DNA of 64,000 nucleotides, taken from an uncultured Spirochaetota bacterium (GTDB lineage: Bacteria; Spirochaetota; Brevinematia; Brevinematales; JAOACQ01). The DNA is taken from the NCBI GenBank assembly GCA_963768055.1, contig CAVYGN010000002.1:672001-736000 (forward strand), in the 5' to 3' direction. Under the pieces are notes generated by a model. It was not told the DNA's origin and ran no database searches. It worked only from the letters and a program-made list of their open reading frames with translations. Each line of letters begins with the position of its first letter. Position 1 is the first letter of the stretch. A program made the position numbers and the translations under genes. Below, one piece after another: positions 20,750 to 30,143 of the stretch.

Positions 20750-21736
20750 TCAAGAAGGATGTTTCGTCAGCGCCCTGACTTTATGGATAAGATTGTCCCT
20801 TTCAATTTCACAGGCCCTTTTTCCTTCGGCAAGTGCTTCTTCGACACGGTTAAAATCAAGAGAATTGAAATGGACGAGGTTGGGCTCGATAAGAACCGTA
20901 GGAGGATTATACTCAAGCATCTGTTTTGTGTTGGTAAAACCCATGATATCTATGGACTGCGATATAATATCAAAGATATAAGGAAGTTTTTCTTCTCCCT
21001 TGATTCTGTTCATGACTACTCCGACGAACATGTTGAGCCATTCGTTTTTTTTCATAGTTGAAATAGTTTTTGCCTTTTCAATGAACAAATCGATGCGGCT
21101 TTTTTTCACTTCTTCCCTCTTAGCTTTCTGCTCCGCTATCTTTTCTTTACTCCTTATCTTTACCATGGGATGCAGGTTGACTGCAATGGTCAATCCGGCG
21201 CCCATCTCGTCGGCGATATCTATTGGCAGAGGGTCCGCTACCCCTCCGTCGACGAGGATCGAATCTTCATATCTTACAGGCTTGAATATGCCCGGAATAG
21301 AGATGCTTGCCCTGACGGCTTCGAGGGCATTACCCTGATTGAAAACAAGAGGCATTCCGGTGTAGTAATCAGTGGCGACTATCCATACAGGTATCTTCAT
21401 ATCTTCAAGTTTCATACTTTCGGGTATGTAATTGGATATAAATTTCATGATCTTGCTGTCGTTTAAAAGTCCCGAAACGGGGAGGATCGGTTCGAAAAAC
21501 TCGGAATATTTCGAAACAGGAAGCGCCAGCAGGTCCTTTTTAAATTTATCCATTGTTCCGGCACTGAATAAAGCCCCTACAAGGGCTCCTATGCTTGAAC
21601 CGAAAATCATATCGATGGGAATTTCAAGTTCGTTCAGATATTCGATAACCGAAATATGGGAAATACCCTTCGCCCCGCCGCTGCCGAGGACCAGCCCGAC
21701 CTTGCGGTTAAAGATTGTTGATAATATACCCGGCAT
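20750..21736 (-). CDS. patatin-like phospholipase
   Basis: GSGGAKG, GSSIG and DGG motifs. Confidence 0.93.
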   Translation of the reverse strand: MPGILSTIFNRKVGLVLGSGGAKGISHISVIEYLNELEIPIDMIFGSSIGALVGALFSAGTMDKFKKDLLALPVSKYSEFFEPILPVSGLLNDSKIMKFISNYIPESMKLEDMKIPVWIVATDYYTGMPLVFNQGNALEAVRASISIPGIFKPVRYEDSILVDGGVADPLPIDIADEMGAGLTIAVNLHPMVKIRSKEKIAEQKAKREEVKKSRIDLFIEKAKTISTMKKNEWLNMFVGVVMNRIKGEEKLPYIFDIISQSIDIMGFTNTKQMLEYNPPTVLIEPNLVHFNSLDFNRVEEALAEGKRACEIERDNLIHKVRALTKHPS

Positions 21737-21865
21737 TTTAAACCTGCATCCTTTTTTTAATTATTATAATAGGGTGAATGGCGAATGTCGAATTTCATTT
21801 GAAGAATCGGAACCGGGTTCACCTCTAAGCCGTCAGGAACGCAAATACCGGGGGACTTCACATTA

Positions 21866-22240
21866 TCACCCCCCCCCGAAAGTTTCTCCATTAATATTAA
21901 TAAACCATGTTTTACCGGATTCATAATTAAACCCCCATTTCAAGCCGTCGGAGGAAATAACAGGATCCCATGCGTCATCATACCCTCCGAATGTCTGCCC
22001 GTTTATTATTACATACCACTTATCTCCGGATTTATAATTAAAACCCCACTTCGTGCCGTCGGCGGAAAAATACGGGGCATGTAATTTATTGTACCCGCTG
22101 TAGGTTTTTCCGCCGATGTTGAGATACTCCCCTGCAAACTTATTCGCGCCGGCTTGCCAATGATACAAGCAATAAAGCCCTGAAAAGGCATGGACGTAAA
22201 AAGCAAAAGAAAAAACAATGAAAAGAACGATATGCTTCAT
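21866..22240 (-). pseudogene. secreted beta-repeat protein, probably truncated
   Basis: Signal peptide; two repeats of about 38 aa (P.FS.DG.KWGFNY.SG..W...ING.TFGG); stop follows a G9 run; a decayed third repeat lies downstream; SD GGGAGG. Confidence 0.5.
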
Positions 22241-22271
22241 ATAGCCTCCCTTTTGGAATAGGTCGGTCCCA

Positions 22272-23129
22272 TCATTGACCATTTTTGATTAGTTCGGCGA
22301 TATCTTTGTGTCCATATCTCAAAGCCTCGTCCTCCGGCGTTTCGCCATACTTATCTTTAGCATTCACATCGGCGCCCTTGGAAATGAGAAGTTCCGCTAT
22401 ATCTTTAAATCCTTTGATCGATGCCCTGTGCAGCGGGGTATAACCGTCAGCATCTTTCGCATTGATGTCTGCACCATTGGAAATGAGAAGTTTTACAATA
22501 TCCTTGTGACCGCGAAACGATGCCTGAAGCAGAGGGGTATTGCCATTTTTATCTTTAGCATTGATGTCGGCGCCTCTTGAAATTAGAAGCTCCAGGATAT
22601 CTTTATTCCCATATAGTGAAGCCTCTATTATTGGAGTGTTTCCGGATTTACTTTTCGAATTAACGTCAGCGCCATTAGATATAAGAAGTTCCGCGATATC
22701 TTTGTACCCATAGCGTGAAACCACTAACAATGGGGTATAGCCAAAATTATTTTTTGCATTGACTGCAGCACCCTTTGATATGAGAAGTTCCACGATATCT
22801 TTGTGCCCATTAAAGGATGCCTTTAACAGCGGGGTATCGCCAAGCGCATCTTTCGCGTTGACATCGGCGCCCTTATCCATCAATGCTCTAACCTGATCCA
22901 TTCTGCCGTTACTGGCTGCCCGCATCAAAGGCGACCAGCTCGCATAACTTATAAAAATAAAAGCACCGGCTAAAGCAAAAATAATGAAAACAAAAATCAC
23001 AATCCATTTTATTTTTTTCCCAATTTTAATATCTTTTTTTGTTCCGGTTTTAAATAAAAATGCCATCAAAGCCGCCTTTAACAATAGGATTTTATATTTA
23101 AACCCTGTTAACAGCTTTAATCCAGTCAA
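22272..23129 (-). CDS. ankyrin-repeat protein with N-terminal TM anchor (start uncertain)
   Basis: About seven 33-aa repeats G.TPL..AS..G.KDI.ELLISKGADVNAKD. Confidence 0.93.
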   Translation of the reverse strand: MTGLKLLTGFKYKILLLKAALMAFLFKTGTKKDIKIGKKIKWIVIFVFIIFALAGAFIFISYASWSPLMRAASNGRMDQVRALMDKGADVNAKDALGDTPLLKASFNGHKDIVELLISKGAAVNAKNNFGYTPLLVVSRYGYKDIAELLISNGADVNSKSKSGNTPIIEASLYGNKDILELLISRGADINAKDKNGNTPLLQASFRGHKDIVKLLISNGADINAKDADGYTPLHRASIKGFKDIAELLISKGADVNAKDKYGETPEDEALRYGHKDIAELIKNGQ

Positions 23130-23427
23130 ATTGATGAAAATGATTATAAATGGACCTTTTCAATTATAAAATAAATCTGAAATAATTGTCAAAGGTTTAT
23201 TCATTTTACAGAGCTTAACCTGGCCTCGTCGATTTTCGGTTCCCGAAGGGTCGTCGATAAGTATTTGCCTGCCGCCAGGCTGGGATTTCGTACCGTCCGG
23301 CTTGCCTGTCTTCCACCCGGCAAATCCGCAATGTCGCACGAATGGTATTTTTTTTGAAATTTAAATTCAAATTAAGAATGATTATATTAGAATGTAGTAT
23401 ATTTAGATTTTACAATAGGGATAAATA

Positions 23428-23650
23428 ATGAAAATAAAAATCTTTGTTTTAACGCTGTCTGCATTAATATATGGCTGTTCCAATACCCCGAGTACCGGGA
23501 GCAGCGGATCGTCCCCGGGAAACAATGAGCTTCTTTTTTCAGGCTATGTCTGGCATATAAAAGAATCCGATACCGTAACAGGGCCGGGACCGAATTATTT
23601 TTCGGCACAGAATAGCGATGTCTGGGTGAACGGAAGCGGATATCTGCATT
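23428..23650 (+). pseudogene. 5' fragment of a lipoprotein resembling the start of GH16-like glycoside hydrolases
   Basis: Lipobox-like IYGC; FSGYVWHIKES...GPGPNYFS...VWV..SGYLH; then runs into unrelated sequence. Confidence 0.5.
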
Positions 23651-23854
23651 TTGATTCAGGAACTTGGCATAAATTTAACAGGCATCGATTGGGAACTTTG
23701 CAGGACTGCCGCTTTTTATAAATCAAAGCATAAAATGTCCTACGCCGACTGTTTTGCCGCAGCATTGGCTAAGTATGAAAAAGCGGAGCTGATAACCGGG
23801 GACCCGAAATTTAAACACGTGGAAGCGGAAATAAAGATATTTTGGTTAGTTTAG
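23651..23854 (+). pseudogene. 3' fragment of a VapC/PIN-domain toxin
   Basis: AAFYKSKHKMSYADCFAAALA...LITGDPKF is a PIN C-terminus; the N-terminal catalytic part is missing. Confidence 0.7.
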
Positions 23855-23947
23855 GGAGGTTGGCCATTAAAAAATGGTAGCCAAATAGCCTGTGAAAAAT
23901 ATTATAATCCCCCCCCCCTTGAAAAGCAGTCATAATAAGGCCGTTTT

Positions 23948-23976
23948 TTGATAAATTAAAAATTCCCGCCTATAAT
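23948..23976 (+). promoter_or_regulatory. sigma70 promoter of the nspC operon
   Basis: TTGATA-N17-TATAAT, 37 bp before the ATG. Confidence 0.7.
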
Positions 23977-24013
23977 GATTCTGTATCGGTTTATTAAAGA
24001 ATAAGGGCTAAAA

Positions 24014-25120
24014 ATGACTGAGTTAAAAACGCCGTATTATTTGCTCGACGAAAAAAAATTATTAAAAAACCTAAAAAAAATAAAGTATGTCAGGGACATA
24101 TCCGGAGCAAGATCGGTCCTTGCGCTGAAATGTTTTTCGACATGGGCCGTCTTCAGCCTGATGAAAGAGTACATGGACGGTACCACCAGCAGTTCTGTTT
24201 ATGAGGCAAGGCTCGGCAGGGAAAAATTCGGAAAAGAGGTCCATGGCTACAGTGTGGCTTATTCGAAAGAGGATATAAGGGAATTAAAGAAGTATGCAGA
24301 TAAGGTAATTTTTAATTCCATATCCCAGTTAAAAATGTTTTACAAAGATGCAAAAAGCTTGAAAATAGGATTAAGAGTAAACCCGAATATAAGTTATTCA
24401 CATTTTGATCTTGCCGACCCAGCCAGGCAGTTTTCAAGGCTGGGAGTTTGCAATAGGGAAGAGCTTGAGAAAGTCCGCTCAATGATTTCAGGTGTAATGT
24501 TCCATTTTAACTGCGAAAATGACGATTTCGAAAATTTTTCGTCCAATCTGGACCGTATAGGCCAGGAATATGGAAATGTATTAAAGGATCTGGATTGGGT
24601 CAGCCTGGGCGGAGGGATCTATTTTACTAAAGAAGGTTATCCTCTTGACGATTTTTGTTTAAAACTCAGGGAATTCGGAGAAAAATTTTCCGTTCAAATT
24701 TACCTTGAACCGGGTGAAACCGCCGTGACAAGGTCATGCGAACTCATTACAAGGGTTATTGACATTGTCCATAATGAAAAGGATATCGCTATTGTCGACG
24801 CTTCGACGGAAGCTCATCTGTTGGACCTGCTGATCTACAGGTCTGAAGCTAAAATTGAGAACCCGGCCCCGGGAGCTTATGAATATATTATTGCAGGTTG
24901 TTCATGCCTTGCAGGGGATGTGTTCGGCACATACGGCTTTAAATCAAGAATTAAGATAGGCGGCATTATCCGCATTGCCGATGCGGCCGGTTATTCGATG
25001 GTTAAAAAGAACTGGTTCAACGGCTTGAAAATGCCGTCCATTGCGATTAAAAGACTTGACGGCTCTTTAGATGTGGTCAGAAAATTCGATTATATCGATT
25101 ATTTGAATAATCTGTCATAG
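24014..25120 (+). CDS. nspC: carboxynorspermidine/carboxyspermidine decarboxylase
   Basis: LALKCF PLP lysine, SRLGV, HFNCE, LEPGE, SCLAGDVFG, YSMVK..WFNG. Confidence 0.93.
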   Translation: MTELKTPYYLLDEKKLLKNLKKIKYVRDISGARSVLALKCFSTWAVFSLMKEYMDGTTSSSVYEARLGREKFGKEVHGYSVAYSKEDIRELKKYADKVIFNSISQLKMFYKDAKSLKIGLRVNPNISYSHFDLADPARQFSRLGVCNREELEKVRSMISGVMFHFNCENDDFENFSSNLDRIGQEYGNVLKDLDWVSLGGGIYFTKEGYPLDDFCLKLREFGEKFSVQIYLEPGETAVTRSCELITRVIDIVHNEKDIAIVDASTEAHLLDLLIYRSEAKIENPAPGAYEYIIAGCSCLAGDVFGTYGFKSRIKIGGIIRIADAAGYSMVKKNWFNGLKMPSIAIKRLDGSLDVVRKFDYIDYLNNLS

Positions 25121-25133
25121 GAGGCCATTTTTC

Positions 25134-26363
25134 ATGAGAAGCAACGTTCTGATTATAGGAGCCGGCGGAGTAGCCCAGGTGGCGGCGCATAAGGCAGCCC
25201 AGAATAACGATGTACTGGGAGATATCTGTATTGCCTCGAGGACTCAGAAAAAATGCGAAGCGATAATAGAAAGCGTTATCAGAAAAAACAATATCAAGGA
25301 TAAAAGCAGGAGGCTTTATTCAAGGCAGATCGACGCCCTCGACATTCCCGCCGTTATTAAATTGATAAAGGAAACCGGTTCAGAGATCGTTATCAATCTC
25401 GCCCAGGCATTCGTCAATATGTCTGTCCTTGAGGCCTGCATCGAGACCGGTGTTGTATACATGGATACCGCGATTCATGAAGAGCCCGATAAGGTCGCGG
25501 AGGACCCGCCCTGGTACGCTAATTATGAATGGAAGCGCAAGGACCGCTGCAGGGAAAAAGGCATTACCGCGATCCTGGGCTGCGGGTTCGATCCCGGCGT
25601 AGTAAACGCTTATTGCGCCCTTGCCGTCAAGCATCATTTCGACAGGATCGATACAATAGATATAATGGATGTCAACGCCGGAAGCCATGGCAGGTATTTT
25701 GCCACAAATTTCGATCCCGAAATCAATTTCAGGGAATTTAAAAAAGTCTGGACCTGGATCGATAGGAAATGGGTCCTGGAAAAGGTCCATTCCATAAAAA
25801 AAACCTATGATTTCCCCGTTGTAGGCAGTATGCCGGTATACCTCAACGGCCATGACGAGCTCCATTCCCTTTCAAAAAACATTGAAGCGAACAGCATAAG
25901 GTTCTGGATGGGTTTCAGCGATCACTACATTAATGTTTTTACAGTCCTTGCAAAAATCGGGCTCACTTCAGAAAAACCGATTAAAACCGCCGAGGGCCTC
26001 GAAGTAGTTCCCCTTAAAGTTCTAAAAGCCCTTTTACCCGACCCCTCTTCGCTTGCCAAGGATTATACCGGTAAAACTTGCATCGGAAATCTTATCAGGG
26101 GAATAAAGGATGGCCGTGAAAAAATGATATTTATCTATAATATCTGCGACCACCAGGAGTGCTATAAGGAAGTCGAAGCCCAGGCGATCAGCTATACTGC
26201 CGGCGTACCGCCCGTTGCCGGGGCAATTCTTGTCGCAAAGGGAGTTTGGGATGTAAAAACTATGGTAAACGTTGAAGAACTCGATCCCGATCCATTTATC
26301 GGCCTTTTAAATAATATAGGCCTCACCACGGAAATACAGGAGTCGCCTAATCCCCTTATTTGA
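25134..26363 (+). CDS. carboxynorspermidine dehydrogenase (saccharopine dehydrogenase family)
   Basis: IIGAGGV Rossmann motif, GFDPG, FATNFDPEIN, QAISYTAGVP; adjacent to nspC. Confidence 0.92.
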   Translation: MRSNVLIIGAGGVAQVAAHKAAQNNDVLGDICIASRTQKKCEAIIESVIRKNNIKDKSRRLYSRQIDALDIPAVIKLIKETGSEIVINLAQAFVNMSVLEACIETGVVYMDTAIHEEPDKVAEDPPWYANYEWKRKDRCREKGITAILGCGFDPGVVNAYCALAVKHHFDRIDTIDIMDVNAGSHGRYFATNFDPEINFREFKKVWTWIDRKWVLEKVHSIKKTYDFPVVGSMPVYLNGHDELHSLSKNIEANSIRFWMGFSDHYINVFTVLAKIGLTSEKPIKTAEGLEVVPLKVLKALLPDPSSLAKDYTGKTCIGNLIRGIKDGREKMIFIYNICDHQECYKEVEAQAISYTAGVPPVAGAILVAKGVWDVKTMVNVEELDPDPFIGLLNNIGLTTEIQESPNPLI

Positions 26364-26417
26364 TATTCTGCTCGATTTTTTGTATAATTAATCTGCATCT
26401 GATTGGAGTATTTTTTC

Positions 26418-28382
26418 ATGGAAGAAAGGTACCAGGTCCTGCTTAAATTCAACGCGCATTACATGACGGAAAGTGTCGCGGTAGTCGGGGATTTTACCGG
26501 CTGGAATAAGGATAAAATCTATCTCGAAAAGACGGACGACGGCAATATTTGGAAGACCTATATGGAACTTCCTTCGGGCGAATACGCATATCATTTCCTT
26601 ACGGACGGCGATTGCTTCCATCTTGACCCTTACAATCCGCTCCAGGTAAACCGGGAAGGGAAATCCTATTCGAAACTTGTCGTCGGACTTGCCCAAATAA
26701 AAAAAGACGCCTTGCATGACGATTGCGACATAGATGTTTTTTCAGCAAATACGGTTTACCTCAAGATAATGCTGAACAAAAATATATATAAAAATTCAAA
26801 ACTGATAATTATGATCGATGATGTAACACAATCCGTACCGGGATATATCTTATACAACGACTTTATCTATTCCCACTACATGTTTAAATTTCAAAAAGGC
26901 TTAAAAAATGACGGTATTTTTTACTATTTCGAGATTGAAAAAACAGAAGGCGGAACAGTTTATTACGGCCGGAATGGAATTGTCGATCTGGAATGGGAGG
27001 TTGAAAATTTTGATTATAAACAGTGGAACACCCCGCCCCTTTTAACCCCGGAATGGGCTAAAAAAGCTGTTTTCTATCAGATTTTCCCGGACAGTTTCAA
27101 TAAAAGCGGGACAGGTTTGCCGCCGGTCTCGAATGCTTTTTATGGAGGCAACCTGGAAGGCATATTTAAAAAAATTGAATATTTAAAGGAATTGAAAATA
27201 ACAGCAATTTATTTCAATCCGCTTTTTGAAGCGCCGTCGCCGCATAAGTACGACACTTCCGATTACAGGCAAATCGATAAACATTTCGGGACGGATGAAA
27301 ACTTTTCCTCTTTAGTAAAATTACTCGATGAAAATTCCATCCGGTTTATTTTAGACGGGGTATTCAACCACACTGGAACAGGTTTTTTCGCATTTAAGGA
27401 TTTAGAGGAAAAGGGTGAAGCGTCAGTTTATAAAGATTGGTATTTTATAAAAAAATTCCCCCTGCTCGAAAACGGCAAACCAAATTATCAATGCTGGTGG
27501 AATTTTCCTTCTCTTCCGAAGCTGAATGTTCAAAATGAAGATGTTAAGGCATATTTATTCGAAACCGCCGGATACTGGCTTTCAAGGGGCGCTTCGGGTT
27601 GGAGGCTGGATGTTCCTAACGAAATCCATCATTCTTTCTGGAAGAAATTCAGGGAAGCTATGAAATCAGGTTATCCCGATTCCTTTTTAATTGGTGAAAT
27701 ATGGCATAATGGAAGAGCTTGGTTAAGGGGGGATGAATTCGATTCAATAATGAACTATAGCTTCAGGGACGCCTGTGTTGAATTCTTCGCAAGGAAAAAA
27801 ATGTCAGCGGAAAATTTTGTTATTGAGCTTGGAAAGCTGCTTGAAGACTACCCTATGCAGTCAAATTTTGTTTTATTAAACCTGTTATCCAGTCATGATA
27901 CCCCCCGTTTTTATACCCTGGCCGGCAGGGACATTAATTCCCTGAAATTGGCAGCCGCTTTCCAATTTACATATCTGGGAATACCTATGATTTATTACGG
28001 AGAGGAAATAGGCATGGAGGGAGGAAAAGATCCGGATAACCGTAGGCCCATGGAATGGGACAAGGTTAAGTGGAATATGGATATTTACTCGCTTTATTCA
28101 ATGTTGATCCGCATCAGAAGAGAAAATCCCGTGTTATCCGAAGGGGACATTAGATTTTTTTACGCCCGGGATGGGATCATAGGGTTCGAACGGTTTACCC
28201 CTTCCGACAGGCTTTCAATTTTCATAAATAATTCGGGAGGCAACTTTCAAATCGATCTGACAATGATTCTTGGTAACGGAGATTTCGTAGATATATCGAA
28301 GGACCATACTCTCAAAAGAAAAAAGGTCTTTACCCTGTATGATAATGATTTTGTAATTCTAAGAAAAGTGAAGGACAGGTAG
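26418..28382 (+). CDS. GH13 alpha-glycosidase (neopullulanase/cyclomaltodextrinase type) with N-terminal CBM48-like domain
   Basis: VVGDFTGW, FYQIFPD, DGVFNH, GWRLDV, GEIW, SHDTPR, PDNRRPM. Confidence 0.92.
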   Translation: MEERYQVLLKFNAHYMTESVAVVGDFTGWNKDKIYLEKTDDGNIWKTYMELPSGEYAYHFLTDGDCFHLDPYNPLQVNREGKSYSKLVVGLAQIKKDALHDDCDIDVFSANTVYLKIMLNKNIYKNSKLIIMIDDVTQSVPGYILYNDFIYSHYMFKFQKGLKNDGIFYYFEIEKTEGGTVYYGRNGIVDLEWEVENFDYKQWNTPPLLTPEWAKKAVFYQIFPDSFNKSGTGLPPVSNAFYGGNLEGIFKKIEYLKELKITAIYFNPLFEAPSPHKYDTSDYRQIDKHFGTDENFSSLVKLLDENSIRFILDGVFNHTGTGFFAFKDLEEKGEASVYKDWYFIKKFPLLENGKPNYQCWWNFPSLPKLNVQNEDVKAYLFETAGYWLSRGASGWRLDVPNEIHHSFWKKFREAMKSGYPDSFLIGEIWHNGRAWLRGDEFDSIMNYSFRDACVEFFARKKMSAENFVIELGKLLEDYPMQSNFVLLNLLSSHDTPRFYTLAGRDINSLKLAAAFQFTYLGIPMIYYGEEIGMEGGKDPDNRRPMEWDKVKWNMDIYSLYSMLIRIRRENPVLSEGDIRFFYARDGIIGFERFTPSDRLSIFINNSGGNFQIDLTMILGNGDFVDISKDHTLKRKKVFTLYDNDFVILRKVKDR

Positions 28383-28383
28383 A

Positions 28384-28893
28384 ATGAACAGAAAGGTTCA
28401 GATAACCCTAATTGGAGATAGTGAAGAGATCGATGAAAACAATAAAATAGCTTACGATATAGGAAGTTTTATAGCAAGCAAGGGCTGGATACTTATAACC
28501 GGCGGGAGAGAGGGGGTTATGACCGCCTCTTCCGAGGGCTCAATGAATAATGGAGGACTCGCAATATCGCTTCTCCCCGGCGAAAACATCGATGCCGGCA
28601 ATCCCTATTCGACAGTTACAATCGCTACAGGAATCGGTTATGCACGCAACTCCATGAATGTTTTATCAGCCGATGTCGTCGTTGTTGTCGGCGGAGGTTC
28701 CGGGACTCTTTCCGAGATAGCTTATGCATGGGCCTATAACAAGCCTATAATCGCCTGTGAATTCGCGGAGGGCTGGGGCCGGAAACTCGCCCGTAAGTCG
28801 ATCGATAATAGAAGAAAGGATGTTATAATTGGCGCAAAAGATATGAAAGAACTTAAGAATGGTCTTGAAGATCTAGTAAATAAATTAAAATGA
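28384..28893 (+). CDS. TIGR00725/LOG-like Rossmann-fold protein
   Basis: TGGREGVM, TGIGYARN, GGGSGTLSEIAYA. Confidence 0.85.
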   Translation: MNRKVQITLIGDSEEIDENNKIAYDIGSFIASKGWILITGGREGVMTASSEGSMNNGGLAISLLPGENIDAGNPYSTVTIATGIGYARNSMNVLSADVVVVVGGGSGTLSEIAYAWAYNKPIIACEFAEGWGRKLARKSIDNRRKDVIIGAKDMKELKNGLEDLVNKLK

Positions 28894-30143
28894 CCTCTGA
28901 AATAAGCCGGGTCATTATAGTAGGCGGAGGTGCTTCAGGCCTGATGGCCTCTATATGCGCGTCGAAAAAAGGAAACAGGGTCAAACTCATTGAAAAGAAT
29001 GACCGGGTAGGTAAAAAGCTCCTGGCTACCGGTAACGGAAGATGTAACCTTTCAAATGAAAATTTATCATCTTCGGATTATCATGGCGGGACAGCCGATT
29101 TTGCGATGACGGTCATAAAACAGTTCGATAATAACGCCTCTATGAATTTTTTTAAAGAATTGGGGCTTGAACTATCCGTCGAAGAAAACGGGAAGATATT
29201 TCCCCAGAGTATGCAGGCCTCAAGTGTACTCGATCTCCTGCGCCTTGAAGCGGAAAGTTCGGGTGTTGAGATAGTCACAGGTTCGGAAATAAAAACTATT
29301 ATCCGCGATAAAGCGGGAATTTTTGAGCTTACCGATAAAACCGGAATAACACATAAGAGCGGAAGAGTTATCCTGGCTTGCGGCGGTAAAGCTGCGCCGC
29401 AAACCGGAAGCGACGGTTACGGTTATAAACTTGCTGGAATGATGGGCCACTCTGTTGTTTCACCCCTGCCGGCCCTGGTAGCCCTTAAATTGTCAGGCGA
29501 TCTTCACAAAGCGATGGAAAAAATGTTCTGGAATGCGGAAGTTTCCCTTTTACTGAACAATCAAAAATTGAGGACAATATCAGGGGATATTATTTTTACC
29601 AATTACGGCATTTCAGGCCTTGCTATCCTGGATTTAAGCAGGGATGCGGTATACGGCCTTGCAAATAACAAAACAGTGGAAATTGAGATTAATTTTCTCC
29701 CGAAATTTTCCTTCAATGAAAAAATCGATTCCCTTCGCCGGAGAAAGGCTCTCCATCCCGGCCGTTTGATGGAGAATTATTTAACCGGAGTGATTAATAA
29801 ACGTATCGGCCAGACATTAATCAAATCATCCGGTATAAAACTCGGGGCCATGGTCTCTGAAATTTCTGAAAGTGAAATAATCCGTTTGGCCGAAGTTTTA
29901 AACGGATGTAGATTTAAAGTGACGGGAGATAATGGTTGGGCAAATGCCCAGGTGACAGCAGGAGGTATCGACTGCAGCGAGGTAAACGCAAGGACCCTTG
30001 AATCTAAATTGACAGGGGGCCTTTATTTCTGTGGTGAAATACTGGATATTGACGGTATTTCTGGAGGTTATAATCTTCAATGGGCCTGGTCGTCTGGTTT
30101 CGTCGCGGGGTCACTCCCACTCGATCGTAGCGGGGGGTTTTGA
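28890..30143 (+). CDS. HI0933/BaiN-family flavoprotein oxidoreductase
   Basis: GGGASG, GKKLLATGNGRCN, GSDGYG, GGYNLQWAWSSG. Confidence 0.93.
   Translation: MTSEISRVIIVGGGASGLMASICASKKGNRVKLIEKNDRVGKKLLATGNGRCNLSNENLSSSDYHGGTADFAMTVIKQFDNNASMNFFKELGLELSVEENGKIFPQSMQASSVLDLLRLEAESSGVEIVTGSEIKTIIRDKAGIFELTDKTGITHKSGRVILACGGKAAPQTGSDGYGYKLAGMMGHSVVSPLPALVALKLSGDLHKAMEKMFWNAEVSLLLNNQKLRTISGDIIFTNYGISGLAILDLSRDAVYGLANNKTVEIEINFLPKFSFNEKIDSLRRRKALHPGRLMENYLTGVINKRIGQTLIKSSGIKLGAMVSEISESEIIRLAEVLNGCRFKVTGDNGWANAQVTAGGIDCSEVNARTLESKLTGGLYFCGEILDIDGISGGYNLQWAWSSGFVAGSLPLDRSGGF

Noticed and set aside
22272..22930. CRISPR-like periodic repeats
   Set aside because: The periodicity is the 99-bp ankyrin coding repeat; no constant repeats with unique spacers and no cas genes.
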